A stretch of 64,000 nucleotides of DNA from NCBI GenBank assembly GCA_018829445.1, contig JAHJTV010000031.1, forward strand, positions 26,220 to 90,219, in the 5' to 3' direction. The position numbers and the translations under genes are program-made. The DNA is from a bacterium. Lineage in GTDB: Bacteria > SAR324 > XYD2-FULL-50-16. Below are positions 1-9,765 of the stretch, one piece after another. The notes beneath the pieces were generated by a model that was not told the DNA's origin, searched no databases, and worked only from the letters and a program-made list of their open reading frames with translations. Position 1 is the first letter of the stretch, and every line of letters begins with the position of its first letter.

Positions 1-43
1 TCAGGGTCCTGGCTGCCAGTTTTTGATAATCTGAACTCTCCAT
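1..43 (-). CDS. 5' end of a gene running off the window (MESSDYQKLAARTL...), possibly a MazG-like NTP pyrophosphohydrolase
   Basis: ATG at 43-41 preceded by AGGAG; N-terminus resembles MazG-like 'MxxxxYQxxAxRT'. Only 14 codons are visible. Confidence 0.35.
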   Translation of the reverse strand, partial: MESSDYQKLAARTL

Positions 44-133
44 TCCTTCTCCTTAAAAATCAATCTGACAATATACTTAAACTGTTCCAGTCTCAGGTTG
101 TAGCTTTTCTGTCAAGGATGCCGGTCGGCGGTT

Positions 134-424
134 TTAATCTGCAAACAGCCTTTCAAATCCCGGGTATGCTTTTAAGGGAATGATATCAAAATCGATCAAC
201 TTCTCTTCAACCAAGGGAAGTGTATTGAGAATTTTCCTGGCTTCTATCGTCGAGGAGGTTTCCAGGACTATGACTGCATCCGGAATATCTTGCCGGAAGT
301 AAACCTCCCGAATCAAATCCAGTTGTTGAAGTTCCCATACTCTTTTCGCCTCAGCTTTCAGAAACGGTTTAAACCTTTCAGGTGGGGCTTTGGGGTCACT
401 TTTACCGATGGCGAGTATTTTCAT
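134..424 (-). CDS. Muconolactone delta-isomerase-like small alpha/beta protein
   Basis: 96 aa; 'EAKRVWELQQxxxIRExYFR' and 'LxTLPLV...FDIIPL' pattern; GGAGG upstream. Confidence 0.6.
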   Translation of the reverse strand: MKILAIGKSDPKAPPERFKPFLKAEAKRVWELQQLDLIREVYFRQDIPDAVIVLETSSTIEARKILNTLPLVEEKLIDFDIIPLKAYPGFERLFAD

Positions 425-563
425 AGATTTTTTTTCGTGGAGGTGTTGTCGGTTATATCTGGGATCAAATTGATTGATACTTTTATATTATGATAATTAT
501 TCCCATCCCTATCCAGATAACAATCATTCTCGATTGTGCCGCTTAGGGTAAAGTTATGTTTTC

Positions 564-1445
564 CTAAAACCATTTACCTTCTGCGATGGGAACGACACGT
601 CCGCCGACGTGAATTGTGTATTGATCGTTTTCTTTTGAACACCGCAGGTGCAGTTGTGAAGGTCTGTCTATTTCATAGCCCTGGCCCAGGGTGATATCAA
701 TGGCATCCTTTTCAAAGTAACCATTCCTAACCAGATATGCAGCCAGGCATCCGGCTCCACTTCCCGTTGCCGGATCTTCCGGAATTCCCAGGAACTCAAC
801 AAAAACCCTGACTCCCAGATCGTGGTTCTCCTGATAGCCACCGGGACAGAACACCAGGATCGCCTTGGCCCAGGTTTTGTCAATTAAGTTCCAATAGATC
901 TCTTTGTCAATTCTGGCTCGTTTGAGGGCATCCATCGACTTCAGGGGAACAATAATGATGGGAATCCCGGTGGATACCTGTTCAATGGGGCAACTGTCAT
1001 CTATCTCTTTTATATCCAGATTGAGAGCAGCTGCCAGGTCTTTTCGCAGCAACTGTTCTCCGAATATTGGCTCCACTTGTTTCATCCACAGTATCCCGTT
1101 TTGTTCACCCGGTTTTGGAAGACTGATGGAAATCTGTCCAACCTTGCAGTTTAAAAGAATCTTTTCCACCGGTAATCCGATAATATGCTGCTGGATGATA
1201 TAGGCCGTTCCCAAAACAGGATGCCCTGCAAAATCCACTTCGGCTTTGGGAGTAAAGATACGGATATCGTACCCATTATCCTGTGGTGTTTCATCCAGGA
1301 TGAATGTTGTTTCTGAAAAATTGATCTCCCTGGCGATCTTCTGCATTTCCAAATCTGTCAACCTGTCGCCACAAATTACGGTAGCCAGCTGATTGCCGGT
1401 ATATTTATCAAATCCGAACACATCAGTAATATAGAAACGATTCAT
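564..1445 (-). CDS. PhzF family isomerase/epimerase
   Basis: DVF..GN, NFSETTF, RIFTPxxEVDFAGHP and EDPATGS motifs. Confidence 0.92.
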   Translation of the reverse strand: MNRFYITDVFGFDKYTGNQLATVICGDRLTDLEMQKIAREINFSETTFILDETPQDNGYDIRIFTPKAEVDFAGHPVLGTAYIIQQHIIGLPVEKILLNCKVGQISISLPKPGEQNGILWMKQVEPIFGEQLLRKDLAAALNLDIKEIDDSCPIEQVSTGIPIIIVPLKSMDALKRARIDKEIYWNLIDKTWAKAILVFCPGGYQENHDLGVRVFVEFLGIPEDPATGSGAGCLAAYLVRNGYFEKDAIDITLGQGYEIDRPSQLHLRCSKENDQYTIHVGGRVVPIAEGKWF

Positions 1446-1564
1446 ATTTTCCCTTCATGTTTTATCTCTTTCAACTGCCAATGGTTATAGATAAAAAGTA
1501 TGGTTAAACAAATCAATCCTTTGTAAAAAATCAAAAAGAAACCAATTCTGGAGTTAAGCCAAAA

Positions 1565-2053
1565 TCACGACTTCGATCTCAGTTTTTTAACAACGTTGGC
1601 CACCCGTTCTCCAAACAGCACACCCTCCTGCCAGCAGCGATCATCCAATTCTCCTGATCCGGCGACTCCATAATGCCCTCCGGATTCCAGGGGGTCTCCT
1701 ACGATTATCATTCCATATATCAAAAATGCCTGGATAATTGACATCAAAGTGGTTTCTTTACCCCCGCTATGATGATTCCCGGTAGCAAAAGCAGCCCCTA
1801 CCTTTCCTATCATCTGGCGACGGGTTCCTACAAATTTATCCATAACCAGTTTCAGTTCTCCCGCCATGGTACCGAAATAAACCGGTGATCCGGCAATTAC
1901 TCCCTCGCTGTTGATAAAATCCTCCTTAACCACTTCGGCAGTCGTCTTTAACAGACACTCAACTCCGCTGACTCTGTTGACTCCCTCCGCAACGCTCTCA
2001 GCCAGCTTTTTGGTTCTGCCGGTGTTTGAATAGTATAAAACCAGAATTTGCAT
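1565..2053 (-). CDS. WrbA-like flavodoxin / NAD(P)H:quinone oxidoreductase
   Basis: YYSNTGRT FMN loop, GSPVYFG, GKVGAAF, GGKETT; GGAGG RBS. Confidence 0.9.
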   Translation of the reverse strand: MQILVLYYSNTGRTKKLAESVAEGVNRVSGVECLLKTTAEVVKEDFINSEGVIAGSPVYFGTMAGELKLVMDKFVGTRRQMIGKVGAAFATGNHHSGGKETTLMSIIQAFLIYGMIIVGDPLESGGHYGVAGSGELDDRCWQEGVLFGERVANVVKKLRSKS

Positions 2054-2509
2054 CTTTCCTCCTGATAATTTGAGTCGATATGCTCAGCAACAATCCCCAT
2101 ATTAATCATCCGTGGAAATGCACCGATACACCATCATAGTCACCACGTTCAAAAACGCCTTACACGATACATCTCATCATATTGATAACAAACGTACCAG
2201 TGAATTGTAGCCTGAATTGAAATCGTTAAAAACCTCATAAATGTCCTTAAAGTTTTTCCGTATTTACTCTTTTGCTTCCTGCCATGATTGATCACCCTTT
2301 GAGTTTTGCTCAATAAAATTGATAAATAATAGTCAGGTAACACTATGTGCTAAATTTCTAAAGAACTGACTATTGACTTTAAAAGGAATATGCTACAAAA
2401 TATATTTGTAATAAGTTAGATTAATATGTTGTGAATTCATTATAAACTAAGATCTAAATCAGAGCAGTTAGCTCCAAACTGTCTCACTTATGAATAAAAG
2501 AGGTAAATT

Positions 2510-2983
2510 ATGGAAAACACAGCTACTTTGTCAGATATCGAAAAGGCGAAAATTTTACTGAACAAGTTGAGGATAATAAAGGGTCAAGTGGCACACATTG
2601 CCACTTGTGATCAGAATGGACAGCCCAACTTGGCACCAGTCGGATCGATGCGGATAACGAATGATGGAAAGGTGCATGTAATTTACGGATACCTGAAGAA
2701 AACCTACAGCAATCTGAAAACGAATCCCAAAGCAACATTTTCATTCTTTCAAATACCTAGCTTTATAGGCTTTTTCCGCGAAAAAGAGGAAGAAATTCTG
2801 GGGTATCGTATCTATTGCGATTTTGTTGAAGCTATCAACAACGAGGCTGGGCTTGAAGGTGAGACATCTCAAATCCTAAAGAAGTTTCCCTGGTTTTTGC
2901 GAAAGCCGTTTAGCAAGTTTGCGAAGAAGAATTTTAAAAAGGTGTTGGTATTTGAAATAAAAAATATCAGGGCAACGAAATAA
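2510..2983 (+). CDS. Pyridoxamine 5'-phosphate oxidase-like FMN-binding split-barrel protein
   Basis: IATCDxxGxPN and KTxxNLxxNP motifs; AGAGG RBS; AT-rich. Confidence 0.75.
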   Translation: MENTATLSDIEKAKILLNKLRIIKGQVAHIATCDQNGQPNLAPVGSMRITNDGKVHVIYGYLKKTYSNLKTNPKATFSFFQIPSFIGFFREKEEEILGYRIYCDFVEAINNEAGLEGETSQILKKFPWFLRKPFSKFAKKNFKKVLVFEIKNIRATK

Positions 2984-2989
2984 AGCACA

Positions 2990-3102
2990 GGGGTTATGGA
3001 TTGATGAGTCGAAGCGTCAAGGCCAGTTACAATCTTAAAGTCCGGTTTCATAAGTTATCCCATGTTCCGGAGAGAGCCGAGTTATCGTTGATCCATAACC
3101 CC
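2990..3102. repeat. Long imperfect inverted repeat between convergent genes
   Basis: GGGGTTATGGAT (2990-3001) pairs perfectly with ATCCATAACCCC (3091-3102); pairing continues imperfectly inward. Confidence 0.6.
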
Positions 3103-3196
3103 AATAACCTGTTAAAAACAGCTCAACATGTTATTGATCTTGTTTCCGGGATGGAGGGAAGTAGTTAATTTTGAAATGGGTATAACCATTACTGGA

Positions 3197-4672
3197 TTAA
3201 TTGGCTATGAGGGTTAAATAATATGAAGTTCCCTTTTCTGTACAACCTGAGCCTTTGGATATCTTGATGTAGTAAGAACTACCTCCAGCGGTATCCGTGC
3301 ATGATTCCGCATCGGTAGTACTGTCTTTCGGCAATCCACTGCAGGCGACAGCTGTTGTGAAGCTACTGTCATCATCGTAGAGATAAAGATCAGCATCGCA
3401 TCCCAAGCTGCCTCCAGAATCATCTCCCGCTATGGTGGCTGTATAGGAAGTGCCCTGGGATACCGGAAAGATAAAATAACTGGACTGATCACTGACGAGA
3501 GCGACATTATATTTTTCCGTATACAAACTCACCGGGTGTTCAACACTGCCTTCTCCTTTCTGGAAGGAGATTTGAAAACACTCTCCAGCAGCTTGATCAC
3601 TGACTCTAAAGTAGGCGTTGTCCGTGTTGAGAGTAACTTCCAAATATTCCGCATCAGCACCTGAATTGGTAGAAGAAGAAACGATAGTTGTAAATGTACT
3701 ATCATCACCAAAATAATCGAGGTCTACATCATCATCCAGTCCGGTCAGGCTGATCCAGTACGTATTTCCGGCGGTAGCAACAAGTTTATAGTAGCTATAG
3801 GTTTCAACTCTCTCTCTGTACGAGATATAAATGTCTGTAATCTGGATGGGATTCTCAGGGGCGCCTCTATCAAAGTTGCAGCCAGGCGCTAGTGATTCGG
3901 AATTTCCCTCATCGATTATGGTGAGGGTAAAATCTGCTCCATAAGGACTATGTTCTCCGTTAACTGAGAAGTAGAGATATTGATCATCCACCTTGAATCC
4001 TGCCAAGCCTGAGCTTATTTCGCTAAAAGTTCTGCCATAGTAGGGCCTTCGTACTTGCTGAGTGAAGTCTGAGTCACTGTAAATGTAAAGATCTGCATCA
4101 TATGTTAATCCGGACAAGGTAACGGAAAGATTAGTTTGATTAAGACCACTCGCACAATAGTAGTTGATTCCATTGTTGACCTGCCCGTTATAAATGGTTG
4201 GCATTAAAAAGGGAGTCTCGATTAGGATGGGATTATCCTTGCTGCTCTCTTCACCCGGGTAATAACCTTCCAGGGTACCGCTATCTGTCTTTTCATCAAG
4301 AGAGGCTGTAATGGTTGCAATACCACGCCCTTTGGGTGTAGCGGTTCCTTGTGTGTTTACAATGGCAACCGATTCATCCGAAGAACTCCAAGCAACAGTT
4401 GTGGTTACATCGGTGGTGCTGTCGTTGGAATAGGTTGCTGTAGCCGTGAATTGGATATCGGACAGATCATCGGTGATAAAAGTGGTTTTCTCCTGGGTGA
4501 GGGCAATGGAGGAAAGAGCGGGTGAAGCGGGATCATCAACGATGGGATCGTCAACGATGGGATCGTTAACAATATCAGTAGTGGTATCGCTGCTGTTCCC
4601 GCCACTACTCCCAGGTTGGCAAGACATTGCCAGGAATACAATGCCGAAAACGAGTAATAGGTAGGATTTCAT
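3197..4672 (-). CDS. Surface lipoprotein with Ig-like (Big_2) domain and three PPC-like beta-sandwich repeats
   Basis: Lipobox LAMSC; 'WSSSDESVA...GxATITA' Big_2 signature; three 'D(A/V)DLxx(Y/F)xD' repeats. Confidence 0.75.
   Translation of the reverse strand: MKSYLLLVFGIVFLAMSCQPGSSGGNSSDTTTDIVNDPIVDDPIVDDPASPALSSIALTQEKTTFITDDLSDIQFTATATYSNDSTTDVTTTVAWSSSDESVAIVNTQGTATPKGRGIATITASLDEKTDSGTLEGYYPGEESSKDNPILIETPFLMPTIYNGQVNNGINYYCASGLNQTNLSVTLSGLTYDADLYIYSDSDFTQQVRRPYYGRTFSEISSGLAGFKVDDQYLYFSVNGEHSPYGADFTLTIIDEGNSESLAPGCNFDRGAPENPIQITDIYISYRERVETYSYYKLVATAGNTYWISLTGLDDDVDLDYFGDDSTFTTIVSSSTNSGADAEYLEVTLNTDNAYFRVSDQAAGECFQISFQKGEGSVEHPVSLYTEKYNVALVSDQSSYFIFPVSQGTSYTATIAGDDSGGSLGCDADLYLYDDDSSFTTAVACSGLPKDSTTDAESCTDTAGGSSYYIKISKGSGCTEKGTSYYLTLIAN
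4529..4573. repeat. Three 15-bp tandem repeats encoding an IV(N/D)DP linker
   Basis: gggatcatcaacgat / gggatcgtcaacgat / gggatcgttaacaat. Confidence 0.8.
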
Positions 4673-5078
4673 TTTTCCCCTGTACGGTATAGGATACTAT
4701 CAATAATCAGCCAGGTATCGAGTTTTAGATAACCGGTTTACTCTTTTGGTCGTCAGACAAAAAAAGCGTGTTCTGAAGGAACTTCAACCGGCAGGAATGA
4801 TCTTCTTGATGATCTCTGTCTTTTTGTTGTCAAGTCAAATATCCAATCGCTACTCGATGATAAAATCTCCTTGAGCAGGAGTCAAGACATAAAAATAATG
4901 GGATTAAGGGGATTTGCCCGGCAATATTGACCTATTGCACGCAAATAAACTTTTGGATTTCCGAAGACATTTATGTGTTTAGGGAATTTAAGGTAATATA
5001 TTGGATTCAGGGGAAAATGCTGGTTTTTCCCCGTTTATAATCACCAGTACAAAATGGATCGGGAAGTCGCGGAAAACG

Positions 5079-6125
5079 TCAGAACTTAATTCCGACAGCA
5101 GTAGCTTCTGTTTTCAATCCTTCCACTACGTCATTTGTCAGGGGAATTCCCTCCTTTTTATAGGTTTCAGACAAGCGGGCTTCATTTTCTCCCGGGATTA
5201 AGATCTCTTCGATACCCTCGGCTTTATCACAGGATTTTGCCCTGGAGATAAGCAGATCCATTCTCTCCTGGTACTCCTGTAAAGGCATAAACAGGTCCGG
5301 TTTGATTGCCATAAAGAAATGACCGACATTTTGAGGGCCGGACAGGTCAGTATGGGGGTTTTTGACATCTCCGGCGAAGGCAGAACCTGTGAAGACGCCA
5401 CTGAGGATCTCCATTAAGAGGGCCAAACCGGCTCCTTTAACTCCACCAAAAGGCAGGATGACGCCGTGAAAAGCGGCCTCCCCATCTGTTGTCGGACGGC
5501 CATCGGAATCCAGGGCAAGTCCGGGTTGAATGGCTTCTCCCCTCTGGGCAGCATATTTCAATTTCCCCCTGGCGGTGACTGTGCAGGCCATATCCAGCAC
5601 ATAAGGCCCCAGTTTTCCACCTGGAGTTGCTGCTGCGAACGGACTGGCCCCAAGAAATTTGGTTCGTCCTCCCCAAACCGGCATGGCAGGAGAAGAATTG
5701 GTATAAACGAAGCTGATCATTTCCGCTTTCAGCGCTTGAAGCAGGTAAAAAGCTGACATACCAAAGTGACCACTTTGACGCACACCAACCAGGCCTACTC
5801 CCATTTCTGCAGCAAGTTTTATGGCTTCTTCCATGGCCTTTTTACCGACGATAAATCCCATGCCATTATCACCATCCAGCAATCTGCTTGCCGGACTTGT
5901 TTGTTGGATAACGAGATTTGGTTTTCTGTTGACCAGGTTGTGCCGCAATCGCTGGCAATACATGGGTACACGAACAACACCATGAGAGTATACTCCCCTG
6001 AGATCAGCACAGACCAAACCTTCAGCTATGACTGCCGCATCTTCTGTGGGAATTCCGTGGGCTTGAAAGATGCCTTGCACAATTTCAAGCAAATCATTTT
6101 CTTTAAATACTGTTTTTTGAGTCAT
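5079..6125 (-). CDS. Ldh2-family (malate/L-lactate/sulfolactate/ureidoglycolate) dehydrogenase
   Basis: ADLRGVYSHG, HFG, LDMA, PFGGxKG, IPGE motifs. Confidence 0.92.
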   Translation of the reverse strand: MTQKTVFKENDLLEIVQGIFQAHGIPTEDAAVIAEGLVCADLRGVYSHGVVRVPMYCQRLRHNLVNRKPNLVIQQTSPASRLLDGDNGMGFIVGKKAMEEAIKLAAEMGVGLVGVRQSGHFGMSAFYLLQALKAEMISFVYTNSSPAMPVWGGRTKFLGASPFAAATPGGKLGPYVLDMACTVTARGKLKYAAQRGEAIQPGLALDSDGRPTTDGEAAFHGVILPFGGVKGAGLALLMEILSGVFTGSAFAGDVKNPHTDLSGPQNVGHFFMAIKPDLFMPLQEYQERMDLLISRAKSCDKAEGIEEILIPGENEARLSETYKKEGIPLTNDVVEGLKTEATAVGIKF

Positions 6126-6279
6126 GACTAATCAATATCTATTTCAGGTTGTGGAATGTAATTTTCATAATGATACCTGGATGACACACAATTGATAAAT
6201 ACTCATAGCCCCAGGTAGAGTCAAGTAAAATCAAATAACCAGCCTTGAGTAGAACAGGGGATTATATTTAAAGGGAATG

Positions 6280-6306
6280 TGAACAATATGAACAAAATGA
6301 TCAAAA
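6280..6306 (+). promoter_or_regulatory. Three 9-bp direct repeats, probable CitB-family binding site upstream of tctC
   Basis: tgaacaata-tgaacaaaa-tgatcaaaa; the regulator assignment is inference. Confidence 0.5.
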
Positions 6307-6491
6307 TACACTTTTGTTTTTTTAAACCCACAATCTTTACATAGAGTCCCTAGTCTGATTAACAATCCTGGTGAGGTTATAGCTATTCTCAGTCGTTATT
6401 GTGGATTGAGGTTATGGTTATCCGGAAAAAACCGGATAGAACCTGAACAAAACCAAGTTCATTTTTTTAAAATTTTTGAGAGGAGGAGTTC

Positions 6492-7496
6492 ATGATGGCA
6501 AAAATTCAAAAAAAGCAGCTTTTTTCTGCATTCCTGGCTGCATTTACAGTGGTTGTTTTCAGTTCTCTGGTGTTTGTAAATCCCGCCTTGGCTACTATTA
6601 AGCTGGAAAAAATTCATTTCATCGTTCCCGGTGGAGCTGGTGGAGGATGGGATGGAACAGCCCGCGGCACCGGAGAAGCCCTGGTGAAATCAGGCTTGTT
6701 GGGAAACGCCTCGTATGAGAATATGTCAGGCGGTGGCGGTGGAAAGGCGATCGGGTACCTGATTGAAACGGCCGAACGGCAGACCAACACCTTGATGGTT
6801 AATTCAACACCGATTGTTGTTCGCTCACTTACCAAGGTTTTCCCCCAATCTTTCAGGGATTTAACCCCTATAGCATCAATCATCAGCGATTATGGGGCGC
6901 TTGTAGTTGCTAAAAACTCAGAGTATAAAAATTGGCCGCAGGTAGTTAGGGCTTTTTTGTCTGATCCTAAGAAAGTCAAGATTGCAGGTGGATCTGTGAG
7001 AGGGGATATGGATCATCTGGTGGCAGCTATGGCATTTAAGGCCGCGGGGGGAGATCCCAAAGAGGTGCGATATATCCCTTATGAAGCAGGTGGAAAAGCA
7101 ATGGCCGGTCTGCTTTCCGGTGAAACGCAGATTCTTTCAACTGGATTTGGCGAAGCACTGGCTCTGGCTAATGCCGGCGAGGTCCGCATAATTGCTGTGA
7201 CCTCAAATGAAAGATTACCCGAAGCCCCGGATGTTCCTACCTTGAAAGAAATGGGGTATGATGTCACCTTTGCCAACTGGAGAGGTTTTTTTGCTCCACC
7301 GGGGATATCCGCTCAGAAGGCTTTGGATTATTCCAGAATGCTGAAGGCAATGTACGACACTCCTGAATGGGAAACGGTCAGAAAAAGAAACGGCTGGAGC
7401 AACCTGTTTCAACCCGGGGTGCTTTTCTATGAATTTCTGGAAGAGCAGGAGGCGATTATTGGATCTCTGATGAGGGAACTCGGCTTTTTAAGATAG
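6492..7496 (+). CDS. tctC: Tripartite tricarboxylate transporter substrate-binding protein
   Basis: Signal peptide, PGGAGGGWD, NxxGGGG, NWRG motifs; GGAGG RBS. Confidence 0.93.
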   Translation: MMAKIQKKQLFSAFLAAFTVVVFSSLVFVNPALATIKLEKIHFIVPGGAGGGWDGTARGTGEALVKSGLLGNASYENMSGGGGGKAIGYLIETAERQTNTLMVNSTPIVVRSLTKVFPQSFRDLTPIASIISDYGALVVAKNSEYKNWPQVVRAFLSDPKKVKIAGGSVRGDMDHLVAAMAFKAAGGDPKEVRYIPYEAGGKAMAGLLSGETQILSTGFGEALALANAGEVRIIAVTSNERLPEAPDVPTLKEMGYDVTFANWRGFFAPPGISAQKALDYSRMLKAMYDTPEWETVRKRNGWSNLFQPGVLFYEFLEEQEAIIGSLMRELGFLR

Positions 7497-7519
7497 ATGT
7501 TCTGTAACGGAGATTAATA

Positions 7520-8023
7520 ATGAAACTATTTAATATTCATAGGGAAAAAGTCGGGGCGCTAATCTTCCTTATCTTTTCAACGGCATATGGGATAGTGGCC
7601 TCCAGAATCCCCATGATGTTTTATGCTGAAGAGGGTGCGTTCACGCCTCGTACAATGCCTTATGCACTATGTGCCTGCGGTATTGTCGTGTCATTGGCCA
7701 TGTTGATTTTGCCAACAGTTTCCGAGGATGAGGAAAAGGATCATTCTCTGGCAGGAGCTTTTAAAGGTTTGGAGTGGAAACAGGTCGGTCAGTTGGCTGT
7801 TGTTATGATTCTGTATGGGCTGACGCTTAAAGTTGTCGGCTTTTTAGTCTCAACCTTTGTTTTTCTGATGGCAGGTTTCTGGATCTTGGGAGAAAGGCGG
7901 ATAAAAGTGCTTCTTTTGGTATCGATACCGTTGGTAGTGGGCTTCTGGCTTATCATGACCAAGCTTCTGGAAGTCTACCTTGATCCGGGCAGTCTGTTTT
8001 TCTACCTGGGAGGTTCCTCATGA
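7520..8023 (+). CDS. tctB: TTT small membrane subunit
   Basis: 4-5 TM segments, PRxxP motif, between tctC and tctA. Confidence 0.88.
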   Translation: MKLFNIHREKVGALIFLIFSTAYGIVASRIPMMFYAEEGAFTPRTMPYALCACGIVVSLAMLILPTVSEDEEKDHSLAGAFKGLEWKQVGQLAVVMILYGLTLKVVGFLVSTFVFLMAGFWILGERRIKVLLLVSIPLVVGFWLIMTKLLEVYLDPGSLFFYLGGSS

Positions 8024-9537
8024 TTGACGGTATTCTTGCAGGATTAAACACAGTGATTATGCCAATAAACCTGTTGTTGGTTTTCATTGGCTGTTTTGCT
8101 GGGACTTTTATCGGCATGCTGCCAGGTCTGGGTCCCATCTCGGCAATAGCTCTGATGATTCCCATTACCTACGGTTTTGATCCGGCATCCGGTATGATCT
8201 TAATGGCTGGTGTTTATTATGGTGCCATCTTTGGAGGATCAACCTCATCAATTCTGATAAATGCCCCGGGAGTCGCCGGAACTGTAGCAACAGCATTTGA
8301 CGGGTATCCATTGGCAAAAAGCGGGCATCCCGGAAAAGCGCTGGCATTGGCAGCCTATAGCTCTTTCAGTGGGGGAACAATCGCTGCAGTTTTCCTGCTA
8401 ATCGCAGCCCCTGCCCTGGCTACGGTTTCGTTAAGCTTCCAATCTTCCGATTATTTTGCCCTGATGGTTCTGGGTTTAACGGCTGTCTCCGCATTCGCCG
8501 GTAAGGGGGGATTCTTAAAGGCAGTCATCATGACAGTTTTTGGGTTAATGCTTGCAACTGTCGGCACGGATAGATCTGCCGGGATTCAACGGTTTACGTT
8601 TGGACGGATGGATCTGATGGATGGAATCAGCTTTCTGTTGTTGGCCATGTCGACCTTCGCTTTATCAGAAGCATTGATGTCGGTGCTGCGTAAAGATGAA
8701 ATTCCGGATGAACTTAAGAAAGCAACCGCAAAAAAGATCGGGAGTCTTAGGGTGACCAAGGAAGAGATAAAACTTGTAGCACCCACCGTAGCGCGATCCT
8801 CGGTTCTGGGATTCTTTGTTGGTGTTCTTCCCGGTGCAGGCGCAACCTTAGCTTCCTTCCTGGCATATGGAATGGAAAGGAACCTTGCCAGTGCAAAGGA
8901 AAAACTGAAATTCGGAAAAGGCAGCCTGCGTGGCCTGGCAGCACCGGAAACGGCCAATAATGCGGCTTGTTCCGGATCATTTGTCCCGCTTTTAACCCTC
9001 GGTATTCCGGGGTCAGGGACAACAGCGGTCATGCTTGGTGCTTTGGTTTCCTACGGCATTCAACCCGGTCCCAGGTTGTTTATCGATCAACCGGCGGTCT
9101 TCTGGTCAGTGATAATCTCCATGTATGTGGGAAATATTATCCTGCTGATTCTGAACCTGCCCTTAATTCCTTATATCGCACGTCTATTGGCTGTGCCCAA
9201 GCAGATACTGGTGCCGGTTGTTCTTTTCTTCTCGTTGATCGGGGTTTATTTGGTGTCGTTTAACACCTTTGACATTCAGATGATGGTGTTCATGGCTGCC
9301 ATAGCCCTGGTGCTCAGGTTGCTTGATTTTCCCATGGCTCCCATGTTGCTTGGTTTTATACTCGGAGGCATGATGGAGGATAATCTTAGGCGGGCATTGG
9401 CTATCAGTGACGGCTCCATCTCTTTTCTCTGGGAAAGGCCGATAACATTGGTAATCCTGATTATCACGGTTTTGGCCCTGTTATCTCCTTTGAGATCGAT
9501 GTTTCAAAAAAAGAGGAAGGAAACCATAACGAGCTAG
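8020..9537 (+). CDS. tctA: TTT large permease subunit
   Basis: GMLPGLG, YYGAIFGGS, APETANNA, LTLGIPG; ATGA overlap with tctB. Confidence 0.95.
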   Translation: MIDGILAGLNTVIMPINLLLVFIGCFAGTFIGMLPGLGPISAIALMIPITYGFDPASGMILMAGVYYGAIFGGSTSSILINAPGVAGTVATAFDGYPLAKSGHPGKALALAAYSSFSGGTIAAVFLLIAAPALATVSLSFQSSDYFALMVLGLTAVSAFAGKGGFLKAVIMTVFGLMLATVGTDRSAGIQRFTFGRMDLMDGISFLLLAMSTFALSEALMSVLRKDEIPDELKKATAKKIGSLRVTKEEIKLVAPTVARSSVLGFFVGVLPGAGATLASFLAYGMERNLASAKEKLKFGKGSLRGLAAPETANNAACSGSFVPLLTLGIPGSGTTAVMLGALVSYGIQPGPRLFIDQPAVFWSVIISMYVGNIILLILNLPLIPYIARLLAVPKQILVPVVLFFSLIGVYLVSFNTFDIQMMVFMAAIALVLRLLDFPMAPMLLGFILGGMMEDNLRRALAISDGSISFLWERPITLVILIITVLALLSPLRSMFQKKRKETITS

Positions 9538-9565
9538 GATCATCCAATCGGGCAATTGATAGTTG

Positions 9566-9655
9566 ATGGCAATGGGAGTTGTTATCGGAGTGTTGGCAGG
9601 TTGATATGGATACAAGGATTTCTAACCGCCAAACATAAACAACCTGCATTGCCAT
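9566..9655. terminator. Long imperfect hairpin after tctA
   Basis: atggcaatg/cattgccat outer stem with inner gttgtt/aacaac, ggc/gcc and ggtt/aacc pairs. Confidence 0.45.
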
Positions 9656-9765
9656 GATCACTTGGGGATTTTCAATTTGTGATATATACTGTAGTATCCG
9701 ATTTTGAGGTATCCTTCCTCAAAAGGGGGGCCAAAAATAAGTGTATAAAAATACCATGGCAGGGT

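Noticed and set aside
4690-4900. Riboswitch in the long leader of the surface lipoprotein gene
   Set aside because: No c-di-GMP or other riboswitch consensus was recognisable by eye
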